Source: Bryobacterales bacterium
GTDB lineage: Bacteria; Acidobacteriota; Terriglobia; Bryobacterales; UBA6623
DNA length: 64,000 bases
Reading direction: 5' to 3'
Assembly (NCBI GenBank): GCA_963422375.2
Contig: OY729427.2
Span: 320,001 to 384,000 of the forward strand
Positions within the stretch are counted from its first letter, which is position 1. The number at the start of each line of letters is the position of its first letter. The translations under genes and the position numbers were made by a program. Below, in pieces: positions 29,838-40,386 of this stretch. A model generated the notes under the pieces. That model was not told the origin of the DNA and made no database searches. It saw only the letters and a list, made by a program, of their open reading frames with translations.

Positions 29838-32654
29838 GTGCCTGAGGACTATCTCGAGATCCGCGGCGCCAGGGTCCATAACCTGAAGGGCATCGACCTG
29901 CGCCTGCCCCACAACCAGCTGGTGGTTGTGACCGGGGTGTCGGGCTCGGGCAAGTCGTCCCTGGCATTCGACCTCATCTTCGCGGAAGGCCGGCGGCGGT
30001 ACGTCGAGTCGCTCTCTTCCTATGCGCGGCAGTTCCTCGAGCGCATGGAGCGGCCCGACGTTGACGAGGTGCGCGGCATCGCGCCGACCGTGGCCATCCG
30101 CCAGAGGAACATGACCAAGAACCCCCGCTCGACGGTCGGCACGGTCACCGAGATCCACGACTACCTGCGACTGCTGTTCGCCCGCGTCGGGCGGAGCCAA
30201 TGCGTGGACTGCGGGGCCCCGGTGCGGAGCGACAGCGTGGACCTCGTGGTCGAGGAGGTGCTGGCGCTCGAGAAGGGCTCGCGCTGGTACGTGCTATTCC
30301 CGGTGCGCGATAAGGACATCGCCTCGGAGGCCTACTACGGCGACGCACGCTACCGCCAGTACGCGACGATGCTCCAGGCCCGGCTCGCGCAACTGCGCGA
30401 CCGCGGCTACAACAGGCTGTTCCAGGAAGGCAAGACGGTCGGCTTCTCCGAGCCCGAGTCCCTGCTGGACATCGACTTCAAGCGGACCGCCTACGTGCTG
30501 GTCGACCGCATCGCGGTCGCGCCGGACATCCGCGAGCGCGTGGCCGAAGCCGTCGAGAAGGCCTACGGAGAATGCCGCGAGGTCCGCTTCGAGCGCGCCG
30601 CGCGCCCGCGCGAGAGCTTCCAGTTCAGCAGCGAGCACCGGTGCCGCGAGTGCAGCCGGCGCCACTGGCGCCCCGAGCCGGAAATGTTCAGCTACAACAC
30701 GCTCCAAGGGAGCTGCAAGACCTGCTTCGGACGCGGCTCCGTTCCCGAGTACTCGATGGAGCGCATCGTCAGCCGACCGGACCTGTCCCTGCAGGACGGA
30801 GCGGTGCAGGCCTGGCAGCGGAAGTACGCGGCGTACCAGCGGCGGATGCTCAAGGTGGCCCTCAAGGACGGCATACCGGTCGACGTCCCCTATCGCGATC
30901 TCAGCCCCGAGCACCGCAGGACCATCGAGGAGGGTCGCAAGAACTACGGCGGCATACGAGGCTTCCTGAAGGCCTTGGAGAGCGACAAGTGGAAGCCGCA
31001 TGTCGCCGGCCTGCTGGCGCGCTGGCGCGACCTGGTGAAATGCCCCGAGTGCGAGGGCACGCGGTTCGCCAAGGAGGTGCTGAACATCCGTGTCGGCGGG
31101 CAGTCGATCGCGCGCGTCCTCGAGCGGTCCCTAGCCGCCGCGCTCGACTTCTTCGAGGGCCTCTCCTTCGAGGGAGCCGACGCGGAGATCGCAAGGAACC
31201 TGCTGGTCGAGATCCGGAACCGGCTGCGGTACCTCAACGACGTCGGGCTGGAATACCTGACGCTCGACAGACCGGCCGTCACCCTGTCCGGCGGCGAGGC
31301 CCAGCGGATCCAACTCGCCAGCTCCCTCGGGGCGCGCCTTGTCGGGGTCTGCTACGTGCTGGACGAGCCGTCGATCGGACTGCACTCGCGCGACACGCGC
31401 AAGCTGATCCGGGTCCTGCAGGAGCTGCGCGATCTCGGGAACACGGTCTTCGTGGTCGAGCACGACAGGGAAATGATGCGGGCCGCGGACCATCTGGTTG
31501 ATCTCGGGCCCGCCGCGGGCGAGCACGGCGGCGAGGTGGTATTCAGCGGGCCGGCCGAGAGAATCCTAGGACACGAGTCATCGCTGACCGGCCGGTACCT
31601 CGCCGGAAGGGCCGCCATCAGGGTGCCAACGCAGCGCAGGCAGGCGGCGCCGGGCCAGTGGCTGCGATTCGAGGGCGCTAGGAAACACAACTTGCGGTCC
31701 GTCGACTTCTCGGTCCCCCTCGGGCTGCTGACGGCCGTGACGGGGGTCTCGGGATCCGGCAAGTCGACGCTGATGCACGGGGTCGTCCTGCACGCCTTCC
31801 ACCCGACCAGCCAGCCGACACCCGGGCGGGAGGAGGATCCGGTCTGCCGCGAGATGACCGGGACGGAGTGCATCCGCAAGGCGATTCTGATCGACCAGAG
31901 ACTGACGGAACGCACCTCCCGCTCGGTGCCGGCGACCTACATGGGCATTTTCAACGAGATCCGGAAGCTCTTCGCGAGCACGACGCAAGCCAAGCGCCGG
32001 AGCATGAGCCAGTCGCAGTTCTCGTTCAACAGCGGCGGGGGGCGCTGCCCGACGTGCTCCGGCTCGGGTCGCCAGACGGTCGACATGCAGTTCCTCGCCG
32101 ACGTGAGCCTGCCGTGCGAGGACTGCGAAGGCAAGCGGTATCATTCCGAGACGCTCGCGATCGAGTATCGGGCCAAGAACATCTGGGATGTGCTCCAGAT
32201 GACCGTGGACGAGGCGCTGCGGTTCTTCGCGAGCCGCCCTAGAATCGTGAAGGGCCTGTCGGTCCTGTCCGAGGTAGGCTTGGGATACATCCGTCTCGGC
32301 CAGCCCGCGACGCAGCTCTCGGGCGGCGAGGCGCAGCGCGTGAAGCTGGCCCAGCACATCGCCGAGGCGGACGCGACGGACACGCTGTTCCTGTTCGACG
32401 AGCCGACGACCGGCCTCCACTTCGACGACATCCGGAAGCTGCTGCGAGCGTTCGACCGCCTAATCGAGGAAAACGCCACTCTGCTCGTCGTAGAGCACAA
32501 TCTCGACGTGATCAAGTGCGCGGACTGGGTCATCGACCTTGGTCCCGAGGGCGGCGACGGGGGCGGCCAGGTCGTGGCGCAAGGCCCGCCGGAAACAATC
32601 GCGCGGTGCGAGGCGTCCTATACGGGCCGCTTCTTGCGGGAGGTACTGGCGTGA
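29838..32654 (+). CDS. uvrA: Excinuclease ABC subunit A
   Basis: Two Walker A motifs (GVSGSGKS), two LSGGEAQR signatures, Zn-finger CxxC pairs, and LDEPSIGLH / FDEPTTGLH. Confidence 0.96.
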   Translation: MPEDYLEIRGARVHNLKGIDLRLPHNQLVVVTGVSGSGKSSLAFDLIFAEGRRRYVESLSSYARQFLERMERPDVDEVRGIAPTVAIRQRNMTKNPRSTVGTVTEIHDYLRLLFARVGRSQCVDCGAPVRSDSVDLVVEEVLALEKGSRWYVLFPVRDKDIASEAYYGDARYRQYATMLQARLAQLRDRGYNRLFQEGKTVGFSEPESLLDIDFKRTAYVLVDRIAVAPDIRERVAEAVEKAYGECREVRFERAARPRESFQFSSEHRCRECSRRHWRPEPEMFSYNTLQGSCKTCFGRGSVPEYSMERIVSRPDLSLQDGAVQAWQRKYAAYQRRMLKVALKDGIPVDVPYRDLSPEHRRTIEEGRKNYGGIRGFLKALESDKWKPHVAGLLARWRDLVKCPECEGTRFAKEVLNIRVGGQSIARVLERSLAAALDFFEGLSFEGADAEIARNLLVEIRNRLRYLNDVGLEYLTLDRPAVTLSGGEAQRIQLASSLGARLVGVCYVLDEPSIGLHSRDTRKLIRVLQELRDLGNTVFVVEHDREMMRAADHLVDLGPAAGEHGGEVVFSGPAERILGHESSLTGRYLAGRAAIRVPTQRRQAAPGQWLRFEGARKHNLRSVDFSVPLGLLTAVTGVSGSGKSTLMHGVVLHAFHPTSQPTPGREEDPVCREMTGTECIRKAILIDQRLTERTSRSVPATYMGIFNEIRKLFASTTQAKRRSMSQSQFSFNSGGGRCPTCSGSGRQTVDMQFLADVSLPCEDCEGKRYHSETLAIEYRAKNIWDVLQMTVDEALRFFASRPRIVKGLSVLSEVGLGYIRLGQPATQLSGGEAQRVKLAQHIAEADATDTLFLFDEPTTGLHFDDIRKLLRAFDRLIEENATLLVVEHNLDVIKCADWVIDLGPEGGDGGGQVVAQGPPETIARCEASYTGRFLREVLA

Positions 32655-33343
32655 CGCAGACCGGAGGCGGGACCGCCGGCCGGGCCGGGGGACTGGCCGG
32701 GAAGACGCTGCTACTCCTCGCGACGCTCGCCCCGCAGCTCGCCGCTCAGGACTGGGAGTTCCCTCACGCCCCCCATCTCGAGAGGGGCCTCGACTGCCGG
32801 ACCTGCCACGCGGGGGCCGCGACGAGCCGGGACTCGGCCGACAGCCTCCTTCCGGACGGCCAGATCTGCGCCGCCTGCCATGACGGCGGCGCCGCGCCCG
32901 CGATCCGCCCGACGCCCCTAGCGGATCGCCCGCCGACGGAGCGCACCTACCGCTTCGACCACGAGTTCCATCTCGGCCTGGGCGACGTCGCCCCGCTGAT
33001 CGCCTCCGCCATCGACAGCGGCGACTACTTCGGCAAGCCCGGTGACGCGCGACGCTTCCTCGACGACGGCAACGCCTGCGAGGCCTGCCACAGGGGCCTC
33101 CAAGAGAGTCTCGCGGTGAACTCGCCGGCGCACCTGCCGGTGATGGCGGATTGCATCGTCTGCCACACGCGGGTCGACAACCCCTTCTCGTGCAAGCTAT
33201 GCCATCACGAGGGGGTGGATCTGAAGCCGGCAGACCACACGCGGGAGTTCATCGACACCCACTCCACGGGCAGAGCCGGACTGGACAAGCAGTCCTGCCT
33301 ACCCTGCCACGGACGCAACTTCGCCTGCATGGGCTGCCACTGA
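32651..33343 (+). CDS. Secreted multiheme c-type cytochrome (7 CxxCH motifs)
   Basis: CRTCH, CAACH, CEACH, CIVCH, CKLCH, CLPCH and CMGCH, plus FPHAPH/FDHEFH distal His. GTG overlaps the uvrA TGA. Confidence 0.88.
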   Translation: MTQTGGGTAGRAGGLAGKTLLLLATLAPQLAAQDWEFPHAPHLERGLDCRTCHAGAATSRDSADSLLPDGQICAACHDGGAAPAIRPTPLADRPPTERTYRFDHEFHLGLGDVAPLIASAIDSGDYFGKPGDARRFLDDGNACEACHRGLQESLAVNSPAHLPVMADCIVCHTRVDNPFSCKLCHHEGVDLKPADHTREFIDTHSTGRAGLDKQSCLPCHGRNFACMGCH

Positions 33344-33421
33344 GGGCGGGGCCGGGCGAACTCGGGTCCCCGCCCCCCGGCTGCGGGGCGCGCTCGCCAA
33401 GGGGCCGATGCACTGTCGCGG

Positions 33422-34720
33422 TCAGACCTTGTCCGGCGCGGGCACCTCAAAGCCCTCGCGGTAGGTCTTGGCCAGCATCGCGTTGGCCTTCTCGTCCCGC
33501 CGGAACTGGTTCGTGGCGGGGTCGAAGCGAAGCTGCTTGCCGCGCTTGAACGCGATGTTGCCGAGGTGCGCCAGCGCCGCCGAGTAGTGCGCGGTCTCGA
33601 CCGGCCCGTGCTGGTCCTCCACCTTGCGGCTCCGCACGGCCTTGATGAAGTTCTCGTAGTGCTTGGTCGGGGCCTCGCCCTTCTCGACCAACTGCGGCTT
33701 GCGGCCGCGGAAGATCTCCCACTTGGTGTAGCCGGACACCACCAAGTAGCCGTCAGAGCCGTAGAAGATGTTGCCGTTGGCGGAGCGCGTCTCGTGGTTG
33801 GAGTGCCAGAAGCGCACCGCGACCTCGGCCATCTTGCGCTCCTTCCTGAATTGAAGGAGCGTCGTCAGCATTTCGGGAGTCTCCCGATGGTCGTCCCAGA
33901 TGTAGCGTCCGCCGGACGAGACGATGTCGTCGGGCAGGGTCACATCCAGCCCCCACTGGAGCATGTCGAGCTCGTGGATGCCTTGGTTGCCGATCTCGCC
34001 GTTGCCGAAGTCCCAGGTCCAATGCCAGTTGTAGTGGACGTGCTTCCGCGAGTAGGGGCGCCACTTGCCGGGGCCCACCCAGAGGTCGTAGTCGAGCGTG
34101 GACGGAGGCGCCTCGTCGGGAGCCGCTTCCAGCGCGGGGCGCCACTTGAAGATCGTCGCCCGTCCCATGTAGACGTCGCCGATCGCGCCCTCGCGCATCT
34201 TCTGCACGGCCTCGCGAATCGCCTCGGAGCTGCGCAGCTGGACGCCGTTCTGCACGATGCGACCGTGCTTCTTGGCGGCGGCGACGAGGCTGAGCCCCTC
34301 GTTGAACGTGTGGGTCGCGGGCTTCTCCACGTACACGTCCTTGCCGGCCTGGCAGGCCCAGATCGCCGCCAAGGTGTGCCAATGGTTGGGCGTCGCGATG
34401 GTGACGACATCGATGTCCTTATCCTCGATCACCCTGCGGAGATCCTGGACGACGTTCGGGCGGTGCCCGTGCTTCGACTCGAACTCGCCCGCGCGCTTGC
34501 GGCCGATCTCCGCGTCGGGGTCGACGAAGGTCGTTACTTCGACGTTCTCGATCGGCTGCAGACCGTACATATGGCTCTGCCCGCGGCCGTTCACACCTAG
34601 CACGGCGGCGCGAATGCGGTCGTTCGCCCCGATGACGCTGCTTCCCGCAGCGAACGCCGTGGCCGGCACGGCCGCGGCGGCGGTCTTGACGAAAGTTCTT
34701 CTTTGAATTGCGCTGGGCAT
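33422..34720 (-). CDS. Gfo/Idh/MocA family oxidoreductase, Tat signal
   Basis: QRRTFVK signal, ATPNHWH, GKDVYVEKP and GNQGIHELD. Confidence 0.92.
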   Translation of the reverse strand: MPSAIQRRTFVKTAAAAVPATAFAAGSSVIGANDRIRAAVLGVNGRGQSHMYGLQPIENVEVTTFVDPDAEIGRKRAGEFESKHGHRPNVVQDLRRVIEDKDIDVVTIATPNHWHTLAAIWACQAGKDVYVEKPATHTFNEGLSLVAAAKKHGRIVQNGVQLRSSEAIREAVQKMREGAIGDVYMGRATIFKWRPALEAAPDEAPPSTLDYDLWVGPGKWRPYSRKHVHYNWHWTWDFGNGEIGNQGIHELDMLQWGLDVTLPDDIVSSGGRYIWDDHRETPEMLTTLLQFRKERKMAEVAVRFWHSNHETRSANGNIFYGSDGYLVVSGYTKWEIFRGRKPQLVEKGEAPTKHYENFIKAVRSRKVEDQHGPVETAHYSAALAHLGNIAFKRGKQLRFDPATNQFRRDEKANAMLAKTYREGFEVPAPDKV

Positions 34721-35247
34721 GCTGGAAGCTCCCCTCCGGATACATGCTAGCGCATCCGCGAAATCGCTTCGATGCCTTCCGCCTCTGCGCCGCCGGCAGG
34801 CCGCCCGGCACATCCGGTCGCGTTGGCGGCGTCAGGCGCTCCTGCCCGCCGAACGGCAGGGCAGGAACTTGCAGCGCACCAAGGCCACGGGCGCACATGC
34901 ACGGCGGTCGTACTGGCGCTGGCCCTTCCGGCCGAGGCCCCGGCGACCGGTTGGTCGAACGGGATCTCCAGCGACCGCGGACCTCGTAGTCCGGCCGCGC
35001 CGGCCTTCCCGGGAGACTGCGGAATCCGCCGCTTCCCGCCGAGCCGGCGGCAGAACTTGGAATCGGAACTCATCCCGATGGGACTCCAAGAGCCCCTTGG
35101 GGCGGCGAGTCCGCAATCCGGACTGCGGCCAAGGCCCCGGACCGAACGCGCCGCCGTGCCGAGACGGGAGACGATTGGGAGTTCCGATGTGCTCGCTGCG
35201 GATCCAACCCGCGGCACTGGATCCTGAGAAGTCCGTCCAGTGCGAAG

Positions 35248-35844
35248 CTACGGCCGACGGACCAACGCCTGCACCGGGCTCGGCGCGAGCGCCTCGACCT
35301 GTCGCTGGAGCGAGGTGTACGGCAGCAGCGAGGCAAGGGGCCTCAGGCGGTCGCAGGCATCGCGATCAAGGCGCGCCACGAAGACATCCGCTTCCTCGGA
35401 GTACGAATACCGCTCGCAGCGAGGCTCCAGCGCCTCGAGCACCGGGAGTGCCCCGTCCCAGAAGTTCCGTCTGCGAAGCACCCGCCTCTGCAGTCCGACC
35501 TCGCGGTTGATCTCGAACTCGCCCCGCCGGCCGCGAAACGTGACTCGCAGGCAGCCATCAGCCCGGAACGACGACTTGGGGTCGTGGTCGGGAAAGCGTC
35601 TCAGCAACGCGGCCAGGTCGCCCGGAGAGGCCTCGATCGGCTGCCAGCGGAATCGGGAGTCGCCGCTGACGAGCGTCCCGCGCGCCAGCACGGCGGCCAC
35701 TCTGGCGGGATCCTTCCCGCACGCCCCGAGGATCTTCGCGGCCAAGTTATCCACCGGAACGTCGACCCGAGCCACGGCGGTCATGGAGACGTAGCCCGCG
35801 GACTCGGAACTGACCTTGCAGGGAATGACCGCAGGCAGGGGCAA
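35248..35844 (-). CDS. Hypothetical protein
   Basis: 198-aa ORF with protein-like composition, co-oriented downstream of the MauE-like gene. Confidence 0.65.
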   Translation of the reverse strand: MPLPAVIPCKVSSESAGYVSMTAVARVDVPVDNLAAKILGACGKDPARVAAVLARGTLVSGDSRFRWQPIEASPGDLAALLRRFPDHDPKSSFRADGCLRVTFRGRRGEFEINREVGLQRRVLRRRNFWDGALPVLEALEPRCERYSYSEEADVFVARLDRDACDRLRPLASLLPYTSLQRQVEALAPSPVQALVRRP

Positions 35845-35899
35845 GGCCCATGGTAGTCCTGCGGGGCCGCCGCTTCGGCGCCGTCCCCGGGCAAAGGCA

Positions 35900-36802
35900 T
35901 CATTCGATGAATCCGTGACTCCGCAAGGTCCCGCTGAGCTCCGGCTCGTCCCAGAAGACGATGCGCTCGAGAACCTCGCCGTCCGCCAGCAGGACGCCGT
36001 ATGGGACGTCCTGGAATTCGAACGTCTCGCGGAGGCGGTCCACGTCCGGGCTGAGCTTCACGCCCTCCAGCCCGGCATCGTCCAGAAAGCCCGGCCCCCA
36101 GTCGGAATCTTGGGTGGGCACCCCGACAAAATCGACCTGCCAGCCGTACCCGGCCATCGTCTGGCCCGCGTGGAGGCAGTGCATGCAGCTGGGATTGAAG
36201 AAGAACACGAAGGCTTTGCCCTGCCCGAGGGCGTAGGGCTGGCCGTCCGCGGTGATCGTCGCCTCGAACCTCTCCGACGGCCCCGGCCCCAAGCGGTCGA
36301 TGGCGAGCATCCCGGTGGCCAGCACCGCCACGGCCAGCGCCGCGAGGCCGGCGCCGCGAACGCCTCGGGACGGAGGAGAGAACCGGACGGCGGCGAGCGA
36401 GGCCGCCAGCATCGCTGCGTCGCTCCAGAAGAAGGCCGGACCGACCGCGCGCTCGAGCCACGGGAAGCAGGAGCAGTCCTCGCCGCGAAGAGCTTCGTAG
36501 TTCAGGGCCATGTACGCCATGAACACGACCAGCAGTGCCGAGGAAAGCCAACCGCCCCAGCGGCGCCACGACCGCCGGAGCAGCCAGATGGCCGCGATAA
36601 CTTCGGCCGCAGCCACGGCCAGCGTGCCGGCCAGGCTCAGACCGACCGGCACGAGGAGCTGCGTCAGCTTGAGCTGCCATCCCGAGATGTCAGACAGCTT
36701 CCACAGCCCCGCCGTGAACCAGAGCAGAGCCATGGCCGCGGCCGCGGCCAGTCCGAGCCGGTCCGTCCAGTGCCTGGATTGGGCTGCATCCGGGCCATCC
36801 AT
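35900..36802 (-). CDS. MauE/DoxX-family membrane protein fused to a thioredoxin-like domain
   Basis: TM region with GLWKL and DCSCF, followed by FFFNPSCMHC and a cis-Pro-like DVP. Start uncertain. Confidence 0.75.
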   Translation of the reverse strand: MDGPDAAQSRHWTDRLGLAAAAAMALLWFTAGLWKLSDISGWQLKLTQLLVPVGLSLAGTLAVAAAEVIAAIWLLRRSWRRWGGWLSSALLVVFMAYMALNYEALRGEDCSCFPWLERAVGPAFFWSDAAMLAASLAAVRFSPPSRGVRGAGLAALAVAVLATGMLAIDRLGPGPSERFEATITADGQPYALGQGKAFVFFFNPSCMHCLHAGQTMAGYGWQVDFVGVPTQDSDWGPGFLDDAGLEGVKLSPDVDRLRETFEFQDVPYGVLLADGEVLERIVFWDEPELSGTLRSHGFIE

Positions 36803-36936
36803 CGTCGTTGCGGTGCGTTGCATACGGGGCCTTGCCGTGCCTCCCAGAGTATGACGGACCGAGTGCGCGAGGGCGGTCGGAGCCGGCACTTGGGCACGAG
36901 CAGTCCCTCGGCCCTACTCTGCGACAATCGGACTCG

Positions 36937-38010
36937 ATGCAGAAATCGGACGGCATGAACTACGCCCCGGAGGGCAGGTCCCGGCCCGTGGTGGCGCCGG
37001 GAGAGTTCGCCATCGCGGCGGTCGCCCTCGACCACGGCCACATTTACGGGATGTGCAACGGACTCACCGAGGCGGGCGCGCAAGTGAAGTGGGCGTACGA
37101 CCCCGACCCCGCCAAGGTCGGGCAATTCCTGGACGCCTTCCCGCAGGCGAAGGCGGCGCGCAGCAAGGCCGAGGTGTTGCAGGACGGCGAGGTGCGCCTT
37201 GTCGCCTCCGCAGCGGTGCCCAACCTGCGCTGCCCGCTCGGCTGCGAGGTGATGGCGCACGGCAAGGACTATTTCACGGACAAGGCCCCGATGACCGCCT
37301 TGGACCAAGTGAAGCACGCGCGCAAGCAAGTCGCCGCCACGGGCAGGAAGTACGCCGTCTACTACAGCGAGCGGCTGCACACCGAATGCTCGATCTACGC
37401 CGGCAAGCTGATCAATGACGGCGCCATCGGGCGAGTGCTTCAGGTGATCGGGATGGGCCCCCACCGGCTGAACGCTCCCTCGCGCCCCGATTGGTTCTTC
37501 GAATTCGAGCGCTACGGCGGAATCCTATGCGACATCGGGAGCCACCAGATCGAGCAGTTCCTGCACTTCGCCGGCGCGCGGGACGCCACCGTGACTTCGA
37601 GCCGGGTTGCCAACTACAACAACCCCGACTACCCCGAACTCGAGGACTTCGGCGACGCGTCGCTCGTCGCCGACAACGGCGCGACCAACTATTTCCGCGT
37701 CGACTGGTTCACGCCGCACGGGCTGGGCGCCTGGGGCGACGGGAGGACATTCATCCTTGGGACCGACGGCTACATCGAGCTGCGCAAGTACCTCGACGTC
37801 GGTCGCGAGGGCGAGTCGGACCAGCTCTACCTAGTCGACGGACAGGGCGAGCGGCATATCCGCACGCGCAACACCGTGGGATTCCCGTACTTCGGACAGC
37901 TCATCCTAGACTGCTTGGAGCGAACGGAGAACGCGATGACGCAGGAGCATGCCTTCAAGGCCGCGGAACTGTGCCTGATCGCGCAGCGTGACGCGCAACG
38001 GGTAGCCTGA
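36937..38010 (+). CDS. Gfo/Idh/MocA family oxidoreductase (cytoplasmic)
   Basis: MQKSDGMNYAP, LDHGHIYGM, DYFTDKAP and GGILCDIGSHQ. Confidence 0.9.
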   Translation: MQKSDGMNYAPEGRSRPVVAPGEFAIAAVALDHGHIYGMCNGLTEAGAQVKWAYDPDPAKVGQFLDAFPQAKAARSKAEVLQDGEVRLVASAAVPNLRCPLGCEVMAHGKDYFTDKAPMTALDQVKHARKQVAATGRKYAVYYSERLHTECSIYAGKLINDGAIGRVLQVIGMGPHRLNAPSRPDWFFEFERYGGILCDIGSHQIEQFLHFAGARDATVTSSRVANYNNPDYPELEDFGDASLVADNGATNYFRVDWFTPHGLGAWGDGRTFILGTDGYIELRKYLDVGREGESDQLYLVDGQGERHIRTRNTVGFPYFGQLILDCLERTENAMTQEHAFKAAELCLIAQRDAQRVA

Positions 38011-38016
38011 TTCGCC

Positions 38017-39150
38017 GTGGACCTCGCGACGGCACTCGGTGCCGTGCTGGTCGCCTGCGGCGCGTATTACACCGCCGCCCTCTTGGCGGTTGCGACGTTT
38101 CGACAGGTCGCGCCGGACATCGATGCGCCCGGTGCTTGGCAAGGCGTTTCCCTGCTCAAGCCGGCGGTTGGGACGGGCCCGAGCTTCTCGAGGCTGCTAC
38201 GGACGCACGCGGCCCAGGACCATCCTGACTTCGAGATCTTGGTCGGAGCCGGTCCGCGAGACCACGCCGCTCGCTTGGCGGTGAGCGAGATCCAAGCGGA
38301 ATTCCCCCGCATCCGGGTCGAGTTCGTCGAGTGTCCCGAAGCGTCTCCCGGATGCAACGGCAAGGTCGAAGTGCTCGAGCGCTTGGCAGAACGGGCGACC
38401 AAGCCGGTCTGGATCATCAACGACGCCGACATCGGAGTACCGGCCAACTACTTTCGCATCCTGTGCGCGGAACTCGAGGCGTCGGACGTCGGGCTCGTGA
38501 CCTGCTTGTACGGTGCCGAGGGCGCAGGCAGCATCGCGTCCCAGCTGGAAGCAATTCGCACCAGCGCTGAATTCCCGCCTCAGGTGCTGCTCGCGCGCTG
38601 GCTCCAAGGCATGCGCTTCGCGCTGGGCTCGACGCTCGCCCTCCGCCGGGAGACGCTCGACAGACTGGGCGGTCTCGGGTCTCTGCGCGGCTTCGTCGGG
38701 GACGACTACCTGCTGGGAGAGCGGGTCGCCCGGGGCGGGCTTGACGTGGCCGTCTCGTCGCTGTCGGTGTCAACCCACGTGCCGGACCCGGGCGGGTGGC
38801 GCGATTCGTGGAACCGGCAGCTAAGGTGGTCGCGCACGATCCGGAAGCAGCGACCGGGCGGGCATCTGGGCCTGGTCGTGACCTGGGCGTTCCCGTGGGC
38901 CGCCGTCGCGCTGGCGGCCCAGCCGGCCTCGCTGTGGCCACTGGCAGCGCTCGCAGTGTCGGGGAGACTGGCTAGCGGCGCGATCTCGGTCGCCCGCTTC
39001 GGGGGCGGGCGGGCCCTGCGGGCATTCTGGCTGTTGCCGGCCGCCGACTTCGCCGCAGGAGTCGTCTGGGTCTGGAGCTACTTCGGCAGCGGAGTCAGGT
39101 GGGCCGACCGGCGCTTGCGCCTGGGCCCGGGAGGCCGCATTGTCCGATGA
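38017..39150 (+). CDS. hpnI: GT2 glycosyltransferase, HpnI / ceramide glucosyltransferase-like
   Basis: VSLLKP, NGKV, INDAD, GLVTCLY, DDYLLG and QLRWSR. Hopanoid genes lie nearby. Confidence 0.75.
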   Translation: MDLATALGAVLVACGAYYTAALLAVATFRQVAPDIDAPGAWQGVSLLKPAVGTGPSFSRLLRTHAAQDHPDFEILVGAGPRDHAARLAVSEIQAEFPRIRVEFVECPEASPGCNGKVEVLERLAERATKPVWIINDADIGVPANYFRILCAELEASDVGLVTCLYGAEGAGSIASQLEAIRTSAEFPPQVLLARWLQGMRFALGSTLALRRETLDRLGGLGSLRGFVGDDYLLGERVARGGLDVAVSSLSVSTHVPDPGGWRDSWNRQLRWSRTIRKQRPGGHLGLVVTWAFPWAAVALAAQPASLWPLAALAVSGRLASGAISVARFGGGRALRAFWLLPAADFAAGVVWVWSYFGSGVRWADRRLRLGPGGRIVR

Positions 39151-39922
39151 CCCGCTGAGACTGACGTTGTTGGACTCGTCGCGCGACTCCGGCGACCGGG
39201 CGCGCGGCAACACGCCTCATGCCGCGACGGGGCCGGGGCCGGCACGCAAGAGTACCCGACCGGCCGCTGGGCGGGCAGCGCAAACTTCCCCGCTTGGCCC
39301 GAGTCCGGGCAGGGCGCGCACGGTGAGTGGGCATAGAGGCGCTTGCCCGACCGCGGCGAAGCCCTCGCCGGGCTGCCGCCCGTTCCCGGCACTTCGGTAT
39401 CTCCCGTTTCTCCTTGTGAATCCCCCGTGACAGCGCCATTGGATTCCTAGCGTGCGATGCTCGGCTCCCCGAGCAGGCGGGCTCGGCAAGCCAGCGCGAG
39501 GAACGCCCCGCAACCAGCGCATTCGACTCGGTGACCCACCGGCCTACAGCGTCTGGACTGACTCCCCAGACGGAGACGGCACCCGGTTGCCCGCAACGGC
39601 TGTGTCGAACCCTCCACGCCGCAGCACCCAAGTCCCCGTGCCGCGACCCTAGGGCTCGCACTGGCGCGAGTCTTGCACGGCAATACGGTGACAGCCCAAG
39701 TGCCCGTCGACCCGAGTTCGGATGTCGCGATGACCTGCGCGCGAGCTGCGGACATCGGCTTCCGACAGCGCTCTTGCGCACCGCGAGCGACTCTACAGCC
39801 GCGATGCGCCGCAGAGCGGAGCGGTGCCGGAATCCAGCCTTCGCAATGCGCCTAGCCCTCCGGCGTTCCGTGGCTCGGACTCGCCAACTGTTCGACCCGC
39901 CGATCGTCCTCCCCGCGGACCC

Positions 39923-40354
39923 TCAAGCCGGTGATGACGCAGCACCCTGCGCCTGCCACTCGGCTTCCCGACCGGGATCCGGAAGAATCCGTCCCGACTC
40001 CATGGTCCATGACGCGGGAGCCTCGGAAATCCGACCCGAGACAAGACCCATGGAGATGCCGGCGATTCCTGCAAAACGCTCGAGCAGACCCTCGAGAATC
40101 CTGCGCTTCATGTCAGGCGACCGGCCCGCTCGGTTGCCGCCGGCGATGAAGTAGGGCGTGCTGAAACGCAGGGTGCCGCCGCCATGGGAATCGGCAACCT
40201 CTCCCGAGCCGTCCGACTCCAGGAATGCCACCTGCACGAAGTGTCTCGGCGCTCCGGAGATCCCGCAGTGGACATCCGTGAAGGCCACGGCGATTCGCTC
40301 GCGCTGATCGTATGTCAGCGAGTCTTTCGGAATCAGGCAACGATAGAATGGCAT
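39923..40354 (-). CDS. Tautomerase superfamily protein (cis-CaaD-like size, Pro-1)
   Basis: MPFYRC start gives Pro-1 after Met removal. Also FTDVHC..GAPRHFVQV, RAGRS and MESGRILPDPG. Confidence 0.8.
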   Translation of the reverse strand: MPFYRCLIPKDSLTYDQRERIAVAFTDVHCGISGAPRHFVQVAFLESDGSGEVADSHGGGTLRFSTPYFIAGGNRAGRSPDMKRRILEGLLERFAGIAGISMGLVSGRISEAPASWTMESGRILPDPGREAEWQAQGAASSPA

Positions 40355-40386
40355 GATCTTGGCTCCCCTCGACTATCGCCTCGGCG

